From: a virus | Lineage: Duplodnaviria > Heunggongvirae > Uroviricota > Caudoviricetes | DNA: 34,347 bases | Direction: 5' to 3' (one strand) | Virus record (IMG/VR): IMGVR_UViG_2718218396_000008 | Shown: positions 26,879-34,347 of the stretch, piece by piece | Layout of the letters: the number at the start of each line of letters is the position of its first letter | How positions within the stretch are numbered: position 1 is the stretch's first letter | Position numbers and translations under genes: made by a program | Notes under the pieces: generated by a model | The model's database searches: none | The model's input: only the letters and a program-made list of their open reading frames with translations | What the model was told of the DNA's origin: nothing

Positions 26879-27539
26879 TATCTTGCTGTGAAAATGTGGT
26901 CTTTTGTTTTGAACGTGTTTTCGTTAAAAGCAATAAAGCTTGGCTATCAAGCTGTAGAAAAATGTGTTTCATTGCAACCCAGCGTTCAGTAAATGTCTCA
27001 GACCAGTTTTTTGATGTCACTCCCACCAGTGATGCCAGCTCCTGGTATTCATAGGTCTTACGCCCTGCCAGCTCGTTCTTCACATCCTGTGCCGCCAGCC
27101 AGATCAACTTCTTCAAACGTTCCAGTGTCTTACCTGCAATTTTCCTGGTACCCAACAGAGTCTTAAACTCGCTCCATGCCCACTGCGTTATGGTGACCTG
27201 ATGTTCCCAGCGAACACTTTCGCTGTAACTCCACAGCAACCACGCTTTCTGATGTTCTTCGAGAGACAGAACCGCGCGGCGCCATGACGAGGTTGAGAAC
27301 TCAACCTGGCTGACCAGTGCAATGGATGAACCTTTTGCGTACGACTGCTTACCGGAAATCGGCGGATTATCCAGCGTAATCATCCTGCCAGTTACCTCAT
27401 CCAGAATGCGCGGCTTCTTTCGTTTGTATGTACCAGTATCAAATTGTGCATGCTCCAGCCAGGCTTCAAGCTGTCCTTTCGTTGCTCCGCTCAAATCAGC
27501 GGTATAACCTGTGTTCTCGCCATACCTTCCAGCGCGCAT
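26862..27539 (-). CDS. Q-position protein: putative late-gene regulator/antiterminator of non-lambda type (about 225 aa; start uncertain)
   Basis: Occupies the slot between the nin genes and pR'/lysis genes; HTH-like segment TYEYQELASLVGVTSKNWSETF; no Cys zinc-ribbon; track ORF extends to 27650 but overlaps ybcO. Confidence 0.4.
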   Translation of the reverse strand: MRAGRYGENTGYTADLSGATKGQLEAWLEHAQFDTGTYKRKKPRILDEVTGRMITLDNPPISGKQSYAKGSSIALVSQVEFSTSSWRRAVLSLEEHQKAWLLWSYSESVRWEHQVTITQWAWSEFKTLLGTRKIAGKTLERLKKLIWLAAQDVKNELAGRKTYEYQELASLVGVTSKNWSETFTERWVAMKHIFLQLDSQALLLLTKTRSKQKTTFSQQDIAKLD

Positions 27540-27763
27540 TCTTTTGCATATGCAGCATCGACAAAATGTGTGCGGCGGTCGATTTCGTCGTGGCAGGCAG
27601 AACATGCAATGGTGGCAATCAAGTCTGGCGGTTTGGTACCGGTGCCGCACAATCCAGTCAGCCGGATATGTGCCAGTACAGACGTTTCAGGGTTGCCATT
27701 ACATACGCCAGGGATTCTTACTTGGCATTCCCGACTACGCGCTGCTTTTCTCAAATCAGCCAT
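27491..27763 (-). CDS. ybcO: DUF1364-type nin-region protein (YbcO-like, Cys-rich putative nuclease)
   Basis: ATG at 27763 preceded by AGGAGGAATC; MADLRKAARSRECQVRIPGVCNGNPETSVLAHIRLTG... recalled as YbcO; track start 27802 is TTG. Confidence 0.7.
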   Translation of the reverse strand: MADLRKAARSRECQVRIPGVCNGNPETSVLAHIRLTGLCGTGTKPPDLIATIACSACHDEIDRRTHFVDAAYAKECALEGMARTQVIPLI

Positions 27764-27926
27764 GATTCCTCCTTGCTGCCAGTCGCAACCATTTTTTATC
27801 AACCAGGCTGGCGGTATATCCGAGCAGTGTTGGTATTTCGGATGGCTTCAGCTCAGGTTTACGCTTACGACGATTTGGTACTTTGTAGATGTGTCCGTTC
27901 ATGACACGAATAAGCGGTGTAGCCAT
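27756..27926 (-). CDS. ninE: NinE-like small basic protein (56 aa; not in the ORF track)
   Basis: Manually translated [56 protein letters not shown]; ATG overlaps the ybcN stop (TAATG) and its TGA overlaps the ybcO ATG (ATGGCTGA). Confidence 0.65.
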   Translation of the reverse strand: MATPLIRVMNGHIYKVPNRRKRKPELKPSEIPTLLGYTASLVDKKWLRLAARRNHG

Positions 27927-28381
27927 TACGCCTCCTGCTTGTCACGCAGCAGCTGGAACTCGCAGCTCTGTGGAATAGTCAGGTGGCAGCCAATATTCAT
28001 CGCCCAGGCTTCAACCTTACACAGGAAGACATACATCTCTCCGGTACCAAGATCGGAGGTATGGCGTAACGACTGGATAGTAGTGATTTCGCCGGTTACG
28101 ACATCAACCAGGTCCTTGGTTTCATAACCGAGGTATGTGTGTTTGAGAGCATCTTTTACCCATGCTGAAGTAGCGAACGATTTCCCCCTGCTGATGAGGT
28201 ATTCACTGATTTCGCTGTACCACATGTGGCTGAGTGCATTCTGGGAAAGACTGCGTCTCTCGCGCCACGGTTTAAGCACCATGCGAAAGCATTTGCCGTC
28301 TTCCAGATAAGTCTGGATCTGCTGACCGACAGCGGTGAAGTTACCGCGATGTAATTTGATGCCATCTTGTGGGAGGTTCAC
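27926..28381 (-). CDS. ybcN: NinB/Orf-family protein (YbcN-like, 151 aa; GTG start)
   Basis: [15 protein letters not shown]...[19 protein letters not shown] recalled as DLP12 YbcN; motif RSLxQN shared with lambda NinB. Confidence 0.8.
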   Translation of the reverse strand: MNLPQDGIKLHRGNFTAVGQQIQTYLEDGKCFRMVLKPWRERRSLSQNALSHMWYSEISEYLISRGKSFATSAWVKDALKHTYLGYETKDLVDVVTGEITTIQSLRHTSDLGTGEMYVFLCKVEAWAMNIGCHLTIPQSCEFQLLRDKQEA

Positions 28382-28476
28382 GCTTCACCTCCGCAGAGAT
28401 CAAACGCTGGATGCAAGACATCGCAGGTGCATTTCTGCATCTGTGACAAGGTAAGGAGTTCAGATTGTGGTCGCAT
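28378..28476 (-). CDS. ylcH: Small ORF (32 aa, YlcH-like) translationally coupled to ybcN
   Basis: Manually translated [32 protein letters not shown]; RBS AAGGGGA upstream; stop TGA overlaps the ybcN GTG (GCGTGAAC). Confidence 0.45.
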   Translation of the reverse strand: MRPQSELLTLSQMQKCTCDVLHPAFDLCGGEA

Positions 28477-28500
28477 TTAAGTCCCCTTAAATGCGCAGAA

Positions 28501-28529
28501 GTCACCGGAGTTGTTCAAGCTCCGGTGAC
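28501..28529 (-). terminator. Stem-loop upstream of the nin operon (tR2-like position); weak U-tract
   Basis: Perfect 10-bp inverted repeat GTCACCGGAG-(9 nt)-CTCCGGTGAC. Confidence 0.35.
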
Positions 28530-28571
28530 ATTATTATGGAAGGTTGATACTAAAAAATCAAAAATTGAATA

Positions 28572-28763
28572 TCATTGGCGATAGTCTAGCTTGTGATATC
28601 CACAAGCTACTTCAATGAAGCGACGAGTAACATTTTGTGTCATCCATGTTTTTTCAGTTAAGTGCCACACCCAGTTCAAAATTTGCTGATGTGTTGAACA
28701 TGTACTAAGCGGGATGTTGTATTCATAAGCAACATTGATTCCGCAAAATCGGTGTCGTGTCAT
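28572..28763 (-). CDS. Hypothetical 63-aa ORF (possible gene remnant)
   Basis: ORF without a convincing Shine-Dalgarno; no recognisable family; sits where DLP12 carries ybcL/ybcM. Confidence 0.25.
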   Translation of the reverse strand: MTRHRFCGINVAYEYNIPLSTCSTHQQILNWVWHLTEKTWMTQNVTRRFIEVACGYHKLDYRQ

Positions 28764-28882
28764 GACCGATTCACGTTGACCTGCGCCCTGTTGAGTGCCT
28801 GGGGATATTCTTGCTCGATAGTTAATATCATAGTAGTTACTTTACTTTCATACCATAGCACGGTTGAAAAAGTGATTATTAC

Positions 28883-30409
28883 TCAAAAATAAACCTCACC
28901 ATCAACCATATATTTGAGAGCACTTATCGCCTGCTGGGCGGATATTACTTTCATTAAAGGATAGTGTTTAAAAACAATGCCATTCATAAAATAGATATCA
29001 CAGGTTTTATTATCCGTATTAATTATGATTTTTTCGAATATTTTATAGGCAAGTGTACGGCATAACTCTCGTCCATTTTTACTGGTTAAGTCAATAGCAT
29101 AAAAATCACTGAATGAATTTACACCTTTACTCTTCAAAGTTTTCAATGATACCAAAGCTCTTCGTAATTCCTTATCTAATAGTCTTATTTTCTCTGCTAT
29201 AGCGGTAACTTCAGGCGCGACAGACAATGCAACGATTAAATTATTAATTTTCATCTGAAGCTCAATAATTTTTAACTCTAAAGTTTCATTAGCATCTTTC
29301 TTGTTTTCAACTGGTTGAATTTTGCTACAATTAAAAAGCAATTCATTAATGATATTATAATCAACCAAATCTCTCTTTATTGATGGCCTGTCACATCGAT
29401 GTAATCTTCTCATCGGACAAACATAATAGCCATGCAAACTTCCAGATACCGCATGAACAATCATGGTATTACCACAAGCCTCACACTTCATAACTGTTCG
29501 AAGTAGATTTATTAGCATAGGATTCTTGCTACTATTGCTAATACCAAAAGGTGCCAACCGAATTTCCTGTACAGCGTAAAACAAATCATCTGATATGACT
29601 CTGGGATAATAGCCAGCGATTTCACTTATCCCTTTCCCTCTTGCACGATATGAAGGTACGCATATACCTATCAGAGCTTTATTCGCTAATAATTTTTCAA
29701 TTACAGAAGGCCCCCATGCACTTTCTTTTCCTGAGAAATTCTTTACAGCATGATCATTTAAATACTTGGCTATTGCATTCAATGAGCGCCTTTCCATCCT
29801 GAGTTTAAAAATTAGCTCAATAGTTTTCACCCTGTCGGGGTCTGGAACAAAAGCCGTTCTTTTGTCATCTAAGGAGAGCCATCTCGGACAAGACGCCGTC
29901 ATAATCGTACCTGATTCCAGTGCATCCTGCCGTTTTTTCTTCCATGATAATTTAACCCGACTTGACTTTATCTCGCTTTCTTCATTTGCCCTTTGTGCTA
30001 TAAGTATGGCTTTTATTAATGAATATGGCTCATTCAAAGAGTCAATATTATAGACTGTATTGTCGCAAAGAGTTATAACATCAATACCGTGATTCAAAAT
30101 CAATTTCAGACGTTCAATCGCTTCACCGACTTTTTCTCTTGAAAGTCTGTCCAGACTTTCAACTAACAATGTAGTTCCTGGCAATATATAACCATGCTCT
30201 ATAGCATCTAAAAATTCCGAAAAAGCTCCTGATTGTGCATGCTTTCCTTTGAATGCACTTAATCCTAAATCTTCATATGTTATGGTATCAAGATAATAAT
30301 CACTATTTACCTTTAACCATTCAGCAATAAGTCTTCTCTGTCGGTTTAATGAGTCGCCAGACATCTGACCTGGTGATGAAAATCGCATATATGCTATGGC
30401 TTTTTTCAT
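28883..30409 (-). CDS. ybcK: Large serine recombinase (YbcK-like, 508 aa)
   Basis: N-terminal resolvase-type catalytic motif (AIAYMRFSSPGQ...R), recombinase domain, Cys zinc ribbon (CEACGNTMIV...YYVCPMRRLHRC) and C-terminal coiled coil; ATG at 30409 with AGGTG SD; AT-rich gene. Confidence 0.85.
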   Translation of the reverse strand: MKKAIAYMRFSSPGQMSGDSLNRQRRLIAEWLKVNSDYYLDTITYEDLGLSAFKGKHAQSGAFSEFLDAIEHGYILPGTTLLVESLDRLSREKVGEAIERLKLILNHGIDVITLCDNTVYNIDSLNEPYSLIKAILIAQRANEESEIKSSRVKLSWKKKRQDALESGTIMTASCPRWLSLDDKRTAFVPDPDRVKTIELIFKLRMERRSLNAIAKYLNDHAVKNFSGKESAWGPSVIEKLLANKALIGICVPSYRARGKGISEIAGYYPRVISDDLFYAVQEIRLAPFGISNSSKNPMLINLLRTVMKCEACGNTMIVHAVSGSLHGYYVCPMRRLHRCDRPSIKRDLVDYNIINELLFNCSKIQPVENKKDANETLELKIIELQMKINNLIVALSVAPEVTAIAEKIRLLDKELRRALVSLKTLKSKGVNSFSDFYAIDLTSKNGRELCRTLAYKIFEKIIINTDNKTCDIYFMNGIVFKHYPLMKVISAQQAISALKYMVDGEVYF

Positions 30410-30653
30410 GGTGACACCTGCTAACTTATGCTTTTATAAACCTTAGTGGTGAGATATAATTTTTGTTTAATTTTTATTTAAAAAGACAATTACGATCACA
30501 CTATCTTGAATATACAACAATAATCGTATTGCAATTTGCTTACGCAATAATCTTGAAGGCACAAAAGAATACACAAAAACTAAAAACATTAACAAAAGCG
30601 GCCCATGTAAAGATATGAACCGCCATATTGCAGTCTTTTAAAAGAAATTATTT

Positions 30654-30986
30654 TTAATGTGGTGTGCTTCGTGACAATAAATTAATAACCAACACACCGG
30701 CACAAATCAACATCATGCCTATAACGGCTGGCAGGTCCAGCCGTTGGCCGAAAAACCCCCATGATAGTAAGCTAATCAGGACAATACCGACTCCTGACCA
30801 GATAGCATAAGCAATCCCTGTAGGAATATAAGCCAGCGTCTGAGCTAATAACCAGAATGATGCACAATAACAAATAATTGTACCAACAGATGGCCATAAC
30901 CGTGTAAAACCTTCTGAAAACTTCATTAAGGTTGTACCAATGACCTCTGCAAGTATTGCACCACCAAGATAAATATAAGGGTTCAT
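30654..30986 (-). CDS. emrE: Small multidrug resistance (SMR) efflux transporter EmrE
   Basis: 110 aa from internal ATG (MNPYIYLGGAILAEVIGTTLMKFSEGF..., four TM helices, conserved Glu14); recognised as E. coli EmrE. Confidence 0.92.
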   Translation of the reverse strand: MNPYIYLGGAILAEVIGTTLMKFSEGFTRLWPSVGTIICYCASFWLLAQTLAYIPTGIAYAIWSGVGIVLISLLSWGFFGQRLDLPAVIGMMLICAGVLVINLLSRSTPH

Positions 30987-31053
30987 AACATATTCTTTCC
31001 TGTTCAAACTGGAGAGAATTGTACTACAGTTTGAACTCAACTCACCTGTTTCA

Positions 31054-31356
31054 TCATTGTGTACCCATTGATGTTCTTTTATATACCCTCAATACCCGTT
31101 TCATCGCGGCACTCTGGCGACACTCCTTAAAAATCAGATTCGTGCTCACCTTTCCTTCCCGTTCTTCTCTGGTAGCGAACCGGTAATACACCGTTCGCCA
31201 GACCTTACCATCAACGACCAGGATTCCTGCCCGCGCCATTTTAGCCGCAGCCTGATTTATGCTGGTTACGGTTGCACCTGTTACCGCGGCAACGTCCTGT
31301 GCACAGAAGCTCTTATGCGTCCCCAGGTAATGAATAATTGCCTCTTTGCCCGTCAT
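31054..31356 (-). CDS. ren: Ren protein (Rex exclusion protection)
   Basis: 100-aa ORF MTGKEAIIHYLGTHKSFCAQDVAAVTGATVTSINQAAAKMARAG, lambda Ren; start overlaps the P stop. Confidence 0.88.
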   Translation of the reverse strand: MTGKEAIIHYLGTHKSFCAQDVAAVTGATVTSINQAAAKMARAGILVVDGKVWRTVYYRFATREEREGKVSTNLIFKECRQSAAMKRVLRVYKRTSMGTQ

Positions 31357-32054
31357 ACACTTGCTCCTTTCAGTCCGAACTTAGCTTTAATTTCTGCGAT
31401 CTTCGCCAGAGCCTGTGCACGATTTAGAGGTCTACCGCCCATAACAGGAAGTTGTTTTACTGGTTCAGGTATCGTCTCACCACGGTTAATTCGCGCTGTC
31501 ATACAGGTCAGTTCATCGGCAGCCTTGCGCCGTAATTCCGCGTCAGTCAGCGCATTGGCCCGCATGTTCTGGTACAAGTTGGTAACCAACCAGTAATGCG
31601 CGTTCGATTTCCACGGATAAGACTCTGCATCCGGATACAGGCCACGCTTCCGGCAATACTCGTAAACCATATCAACCAGCTCGCTGACGTTTGGCAGTCC
31701 GGCGATAACGGATGCTTCTTCCCGGCACCATGCAACAAACTGCCCGGGTGATGGCAGAAATGGTCGATTCTGCCGACGGGCTACGCGCATTCCTGCGTTA
31801 ACCTGTTCCATTGTGGTGATCCCGTTTTCCCGGAAAGCCAGAACCCACTGGCGGCGGATTTCGTTCAGTTCGTTCTGGTCACGGTTAGCCAGACTCGCCG
31901 GGAAAGTTGCCAGTAACTGGCTGAACACACCGTTGATGATCTGCGCTACCTGCTGTACCTGCGGCTTTTCGTCGTACTGTTCCGGCATGTTGTTGGCGAT
32001 CCGACGCATCTGCTCACGGTCAAAGTTAACCATCTGTGCGGCGATGTTTTTCAT
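31353..32054 (-). CDS. P: Replication protein P (DnaB helicase loader)
   Basis: 233-aa ORF MKNIAAQMVNFDREQMRRIANNMPEQYDEKPQ..., lambda P length and sequence. Confidence 0.95.
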   Translation of the reverse strand: MKNIAAQMVNFDREQMRRIANNMPEQYDEKPQVQQVAQIINGVFSQLLATFPASLANRDQNELNEIRRQWVLAFRENGITTMEQVNAGMRVARRQNRPFLPSPGQFVAWCREEASVIAGLPNVSELVDMVYEYCRKRGLYPDAESYPWKSNAHYWLVTNLYQNMRANALTDAELRRKAADELTCMTARINRGETIPEPVKQLPVMGGRPLNRAQALAKIAEIKAKFGLKGASV

Positions 32055-32875
32055 AAATCCACCCCGTAAATCCAGTCAGTGTTTGTCAGGTCGAGTTTTG
32101 GTTTGCTGGCTATCATGCCTGCCTGTTGCTTGTTACGGTTGATTTCGAGCTGGGTCCACTTGTCGCGGAGTTTGGCCGGACTTAGCACGTTACCGGACCA
32201 GAAGTTGTCCTGGCATGCCCAGCGGAACAGCACGCACATGTCGCGGTGGTTACGTCCGTCACGTTCACGCATCAGGCGGATATCGTTAGCCCACCCTGCA
32301 AAATTCGGTTTTCTGGCTGATGGCGCGATGGTCTTCACCATGTCAAACATCCACTCTGCGGCGGTCAGGTCTTCTGCTGTCCCCCACTTGCTGCCGCTCT
32401 GAATTGCAGCATCCGGTTTCACCACAGGAAGATCGTTTTCTGGTTGGTCAGAGGATTCGCCAGAATTCTCGGACGAAAAAGGTTTTATATTGTCTTTTGT
32501 TAGTTTGTCTTTTGTGTTTACCTGATTCGGGTAAACGCCTTTACCTGATTTGGGTAAACTTTTTTTACCTGATTCAGGTAAATTTACCTCTTTCAGGTAA
32601 ACTTTATTTTTCTTACCTGATTCGGGTAATGTTGACCATTCACTGACCACATTATTAATGCCGGTATTCCGCCCGCTCTGAATAAAAATCCCACGCTTTA
32701 CCAGAACACTTTTTGCAGCAGAACACTTGTGCGGCAATATCCCGGTTAATTCGGAAAGTTGCTCGTTGCTAACCCAATCCAGTTTTTTATTAAAGCCATA
32801 TGTTTTGCGCATGACAGCCAGAAAGACCAGAAGCTGGTGAAAAATTGATAAATTCAATACTGCATTTCTCAGCAT
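32051..32875 (-). CDS. O: Replication initiator O (lambda-like C-terminal half; divergent and shorter N-terminal DNA-binding part, possibly 5'-truncated)
   Basis: C-terminal ~150 aa (SSDQPENDLPVVKPDAAIQSGSKWGTAEDL...TNTDWIYGVDL) match lambda O; in-frame stop 8 codons upstream of the first ATG; N-terminus ~35 aa shorter than lambda O. Confidence 0.8.
   Translation of the reverse strand: MLRNAVLNLSIFHQLLVFLAVMRKTYGFNKKLDWVSNEQLSELTGILPHKCSAAKSVLVKRGIFIQSGRNTGINNVVSEWSTLPESGKKNKVYLKEVNLPESGKKSLPKSGKGVYPNQVNTKDKLTKDNIKPFSSENSGESSDQPENDLPVVKPDAAIQSGSKWGTAEDLTAAEWMFDMVKTIAPSARKPNFAGWANDIRLMRERDGRNHRDMCVLFRWACQDNFWSGNVLSPAKLRDKWTQLEINRNKQQAGMIASKPKLDLTNTDWIYGVDL
32518..32630. repeat. Replication origin iterons (five ~18-19 bp copies of TTACCTGATTCGGGTAAAC-like repeats) inside O, with adjacent AT-rich tract at ~32470-32517
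   Basis: Five direct repeats, each an internal inverted repeat (TTACCYGA...TCRGGTAA); they encode the repeated PESGKK/LPKSGK linker of O. Confidence 0.8.
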
Positions 32876-32978
32876 TAAATTTATCTCTATGACCAGTCAA
32901 GAGATGTACCTGCCATGAGCTTAATATCATGTCAGATATATCGGTCACAAACTCCCTCAGCAGCTAAGAGGAGGACAA

Positions 32979-33215
32979 ATGTCTCGACTAATCACTTTAC
33001 GGGACTGGGCTAAAGAAGAATTTGGGGACTTAGCACCAAGTGAGCGAGTTCTGAAAAAATACGCGCAAGGGAAAATGATGGCCCCACCCGCTATAAAAGT
33101 TGGTCGCTACTGGATGATTGACCGAAATTCCCGTTTTGTAGGAACGCTTGCAGAACCGCAACTCCCAATAAACGCAAACCCAAAACTCCAACGGATAATC
33201 GCTGATGGCTGCTAG
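32979..33215 (+). CDS. Putative excisionase / small DNA-binding protein (non-lambda Xis type)
   Basis: 78-aa ORF with strong SD (AAGAGGAGG) immediately upstream of int and overlapping it by 11 nt. Confidence 0.5.
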   Translation: MSRLITLRDWAKEEFGDLAPSERVLKKYAQGKMMAPPAIKVGRYWMIDRNSRFVGTLAEPQLPINANPKLQRIIADGC

Positions 33216-34347
33216 CCCCCGATCTCACAAAATCTCTATACCCAATTTATATTGCAAATTAGATAAGCGAACCGGAAAGGTATATTGGCAATACAAACAT
33301 CCACTATCCGGTCGTTTTCATAGCTTAGGAACTGATGAGAATGAAGCAAAACAAGTTGCTACTGAAGCAAATACCATTATTGCTGAACAACGTACCCGAC
33401 AAATATTAAGCGTCAATGAGCGTCTGGAAAGAATGAAAGGCAGGCGCTCAGACATTACGGTGACAGAATGGCTTGATAAATATAATTCTATCCAGGAGGA
33501 CAGGCTGCAACATAATGAACTAAGACCCAACTCCTATCGGCAAAAAGGCAAACCCATCCGTCTTTTCCGTGAGCATTGTGGAATGCAACACCTCAAGGAT
33601 ATTACCGCACTTGATATTGCCGAAATAATTGATGCTGTAAAGGCTGAAGGTCATAACAGGATGGCGCAAGTCGTGAGAATGGTGTTGATCGACGTCTTCA
33701 AAGAAGCACAACACGCAGGACATGTTCCGCCAGGATTTAACCCAGCGCAGGCAACAAAACAACCGCGAAATCGAGTAAACCGCCAAAGATTATCACTGCC
33801 CGAATGGCAGGCAATATTTGACAGCGTAAGCAGACGGCAGCCCTATTTAAAATGCGGGATGCTACTTGCTCTTGTCACTGGACAACGTTTAAGCGATATC
33901 TGCAATTTGAAATTCTCTGATATCTGGGACGACATGTTGCACATTACTCAGGAAAAAACCGGTTCAAAACTTGCTATTCCGCTTAACCTGAAATGCGATG
34001 CTCTGAATATTACCCTTCGTGAAGTTATATCTCAGTGCAGGGATGCTGTTGTTAGTAAATATCTGGTCCATTACCGTCACACTACCTCTCAAGCAAACAG
34101 AGGAGACCAGGTGTCTGCAAATACTCTTACAACGGCTTTTAAAAAGGCCAGGGAAAAATGTGGCATAAAATGGGAGCAAGGAACTGCGCCCACATTTCAT
34201 GAGCAGCGATCTCTGTCAGAACGGTTATATCGGGAACAGGGTCTGGATACGCAAAAGTTGTTAGGTCATAAATCCAGAAAAATGACCGACCGATACAATG
34301 ATGATCGTGGTAAAGACTGGATTATCGTAGATATCAAAACAGCATAG
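33205..34347 (+). CDS. int: Tyrosine site-specific integrase (lambda Int family)
   Basis: 380-aa ORF; N-terminus MAASPRSHKISIPNLY resembles lambda Int; C-terminal catalytic region HEQRSLSERLY...LLGHKSRKMTDRYNDDRGKDW carries the conserved R...HxxR...Y residues; stop is the last codon of the window. Confidence 0.9.
   Translation: MAASPRSHKISIPNLYCKLDKRTGKVYWQYKHPLSGRFHSLGTDENEAKQVATEANTIIAEQRTRQILSVNERLERMKGRRSDITVTEWLDKYNSIQEDRLQHNELRPNSYRQKGKPIRLFREHCGMQHLKDITALDIAEIIDAVKAEGHNRMAQVVRMVLIDVFKEAQHAGHVPPGFNPAQATKQPRNRVNRQRLSLPEWQAIFDSVSRRQPYLKCGMLLALVTGQRLSDICNLKFSDIWDDMLHITQEKTGSKLAIPLNLKCDALNITLREVISQCRDAVVSKYLVHYRHTTSQANRGDQVSANTLTTAFKKAREKCGIKWEQGTAPTFHEQRSLSERLYREQGLDTQKLLGHKSRKMTDRYNDDRGKDWIIVDIKTA

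Noticed and set aside
27540-27650. Cys-rich N-terminal extension of the Q-position ORF (CHHCMFCLPRR...CRCCICKR), which could be read as a zinc finger
   Set aside because: This part overlaps ybcO in another frame by up to 160 nt; more likely an untranslated alternative frame than a real domain, though it is not excluded.
27428-28127. 158-aa and 227-aa + strand ORFs
   Set aside because: Antisense to ybcO, ninE and ybcN, which have recognisable products and translational coupling.
32518-32630. Short direct repeats with short spacers (CRISPR-like at a glance)
   Set aside because: Repeats are ~19 bp with 5-8 bp spacers, lie inside O and encode a repeated peptide linker; this is the iteron/ori structure, not a CRISPR array.

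Overview
This window is almost entirely a lambda-like (lambdoid) prophage, read in reverse orientation. No database search was possible, so every identification rests on reading the translations and recalling lambda and E. coli K-12 DLP12 proteins; gene boundaries come from the ORF track plus manual start-codon checks.

Layout, left to right on the + strand:
- 120-23047 (all on the - strand): a complete lambda-type morphogenetic block: tfa, stf, lom, J, I, K, L, M, H, G/GT, V, U, Z, FII, FI, E, D, C/Nu3, B, W, A, Nu1.
- ~23048-23290: the cos site; the 12-nt cohesive end is at 23225-23236.
- 23436-25282: cos-proximal accessory genes (ylcI-like, ybcW-like, ybcV-like, bor).
- 25314-26552 (- strand): lysis cassette Rz/Rz1, R, and a holin that is not lambda S.
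- 26759-27539: a candidate pR'-like promoter, a short-RNA terminator, and a Q-position ORF that is not lambda Q.
- 27491-28476: nin-type genes ybcO, ninE, ybcN, ylcH, with overlapping stop/start codons.
- 28572-30986: an AT-rich cargo island carrying a large serine recombinase (ybcK-like) and the SMR efflux pump emrE.
- 31054-32875: ren, P, and an O gene with a divergent or truncated N-terminus and non-lambda iterons.
- 32979-34347 (+ strand): an excisionase-like ORF and a tyrosine integrase that ends at the window edge.

The most notable points are that no immunity or early-left module (cI, cro, N, cII, exo/bet/gam) lies between O and xis, so the element looks like a deleted, probably cryptic prophage that still has intact structural and lysis genes; the Q position and the S position are occupied by non-lambda proteins; and a recombinase/efflux cargo island sits between ren and the nin genes. 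I found no CRISPR array, tRNA or rRNA. I could not identify a clearly undescribed system; the candidates are listed as findings with modest interest scores.
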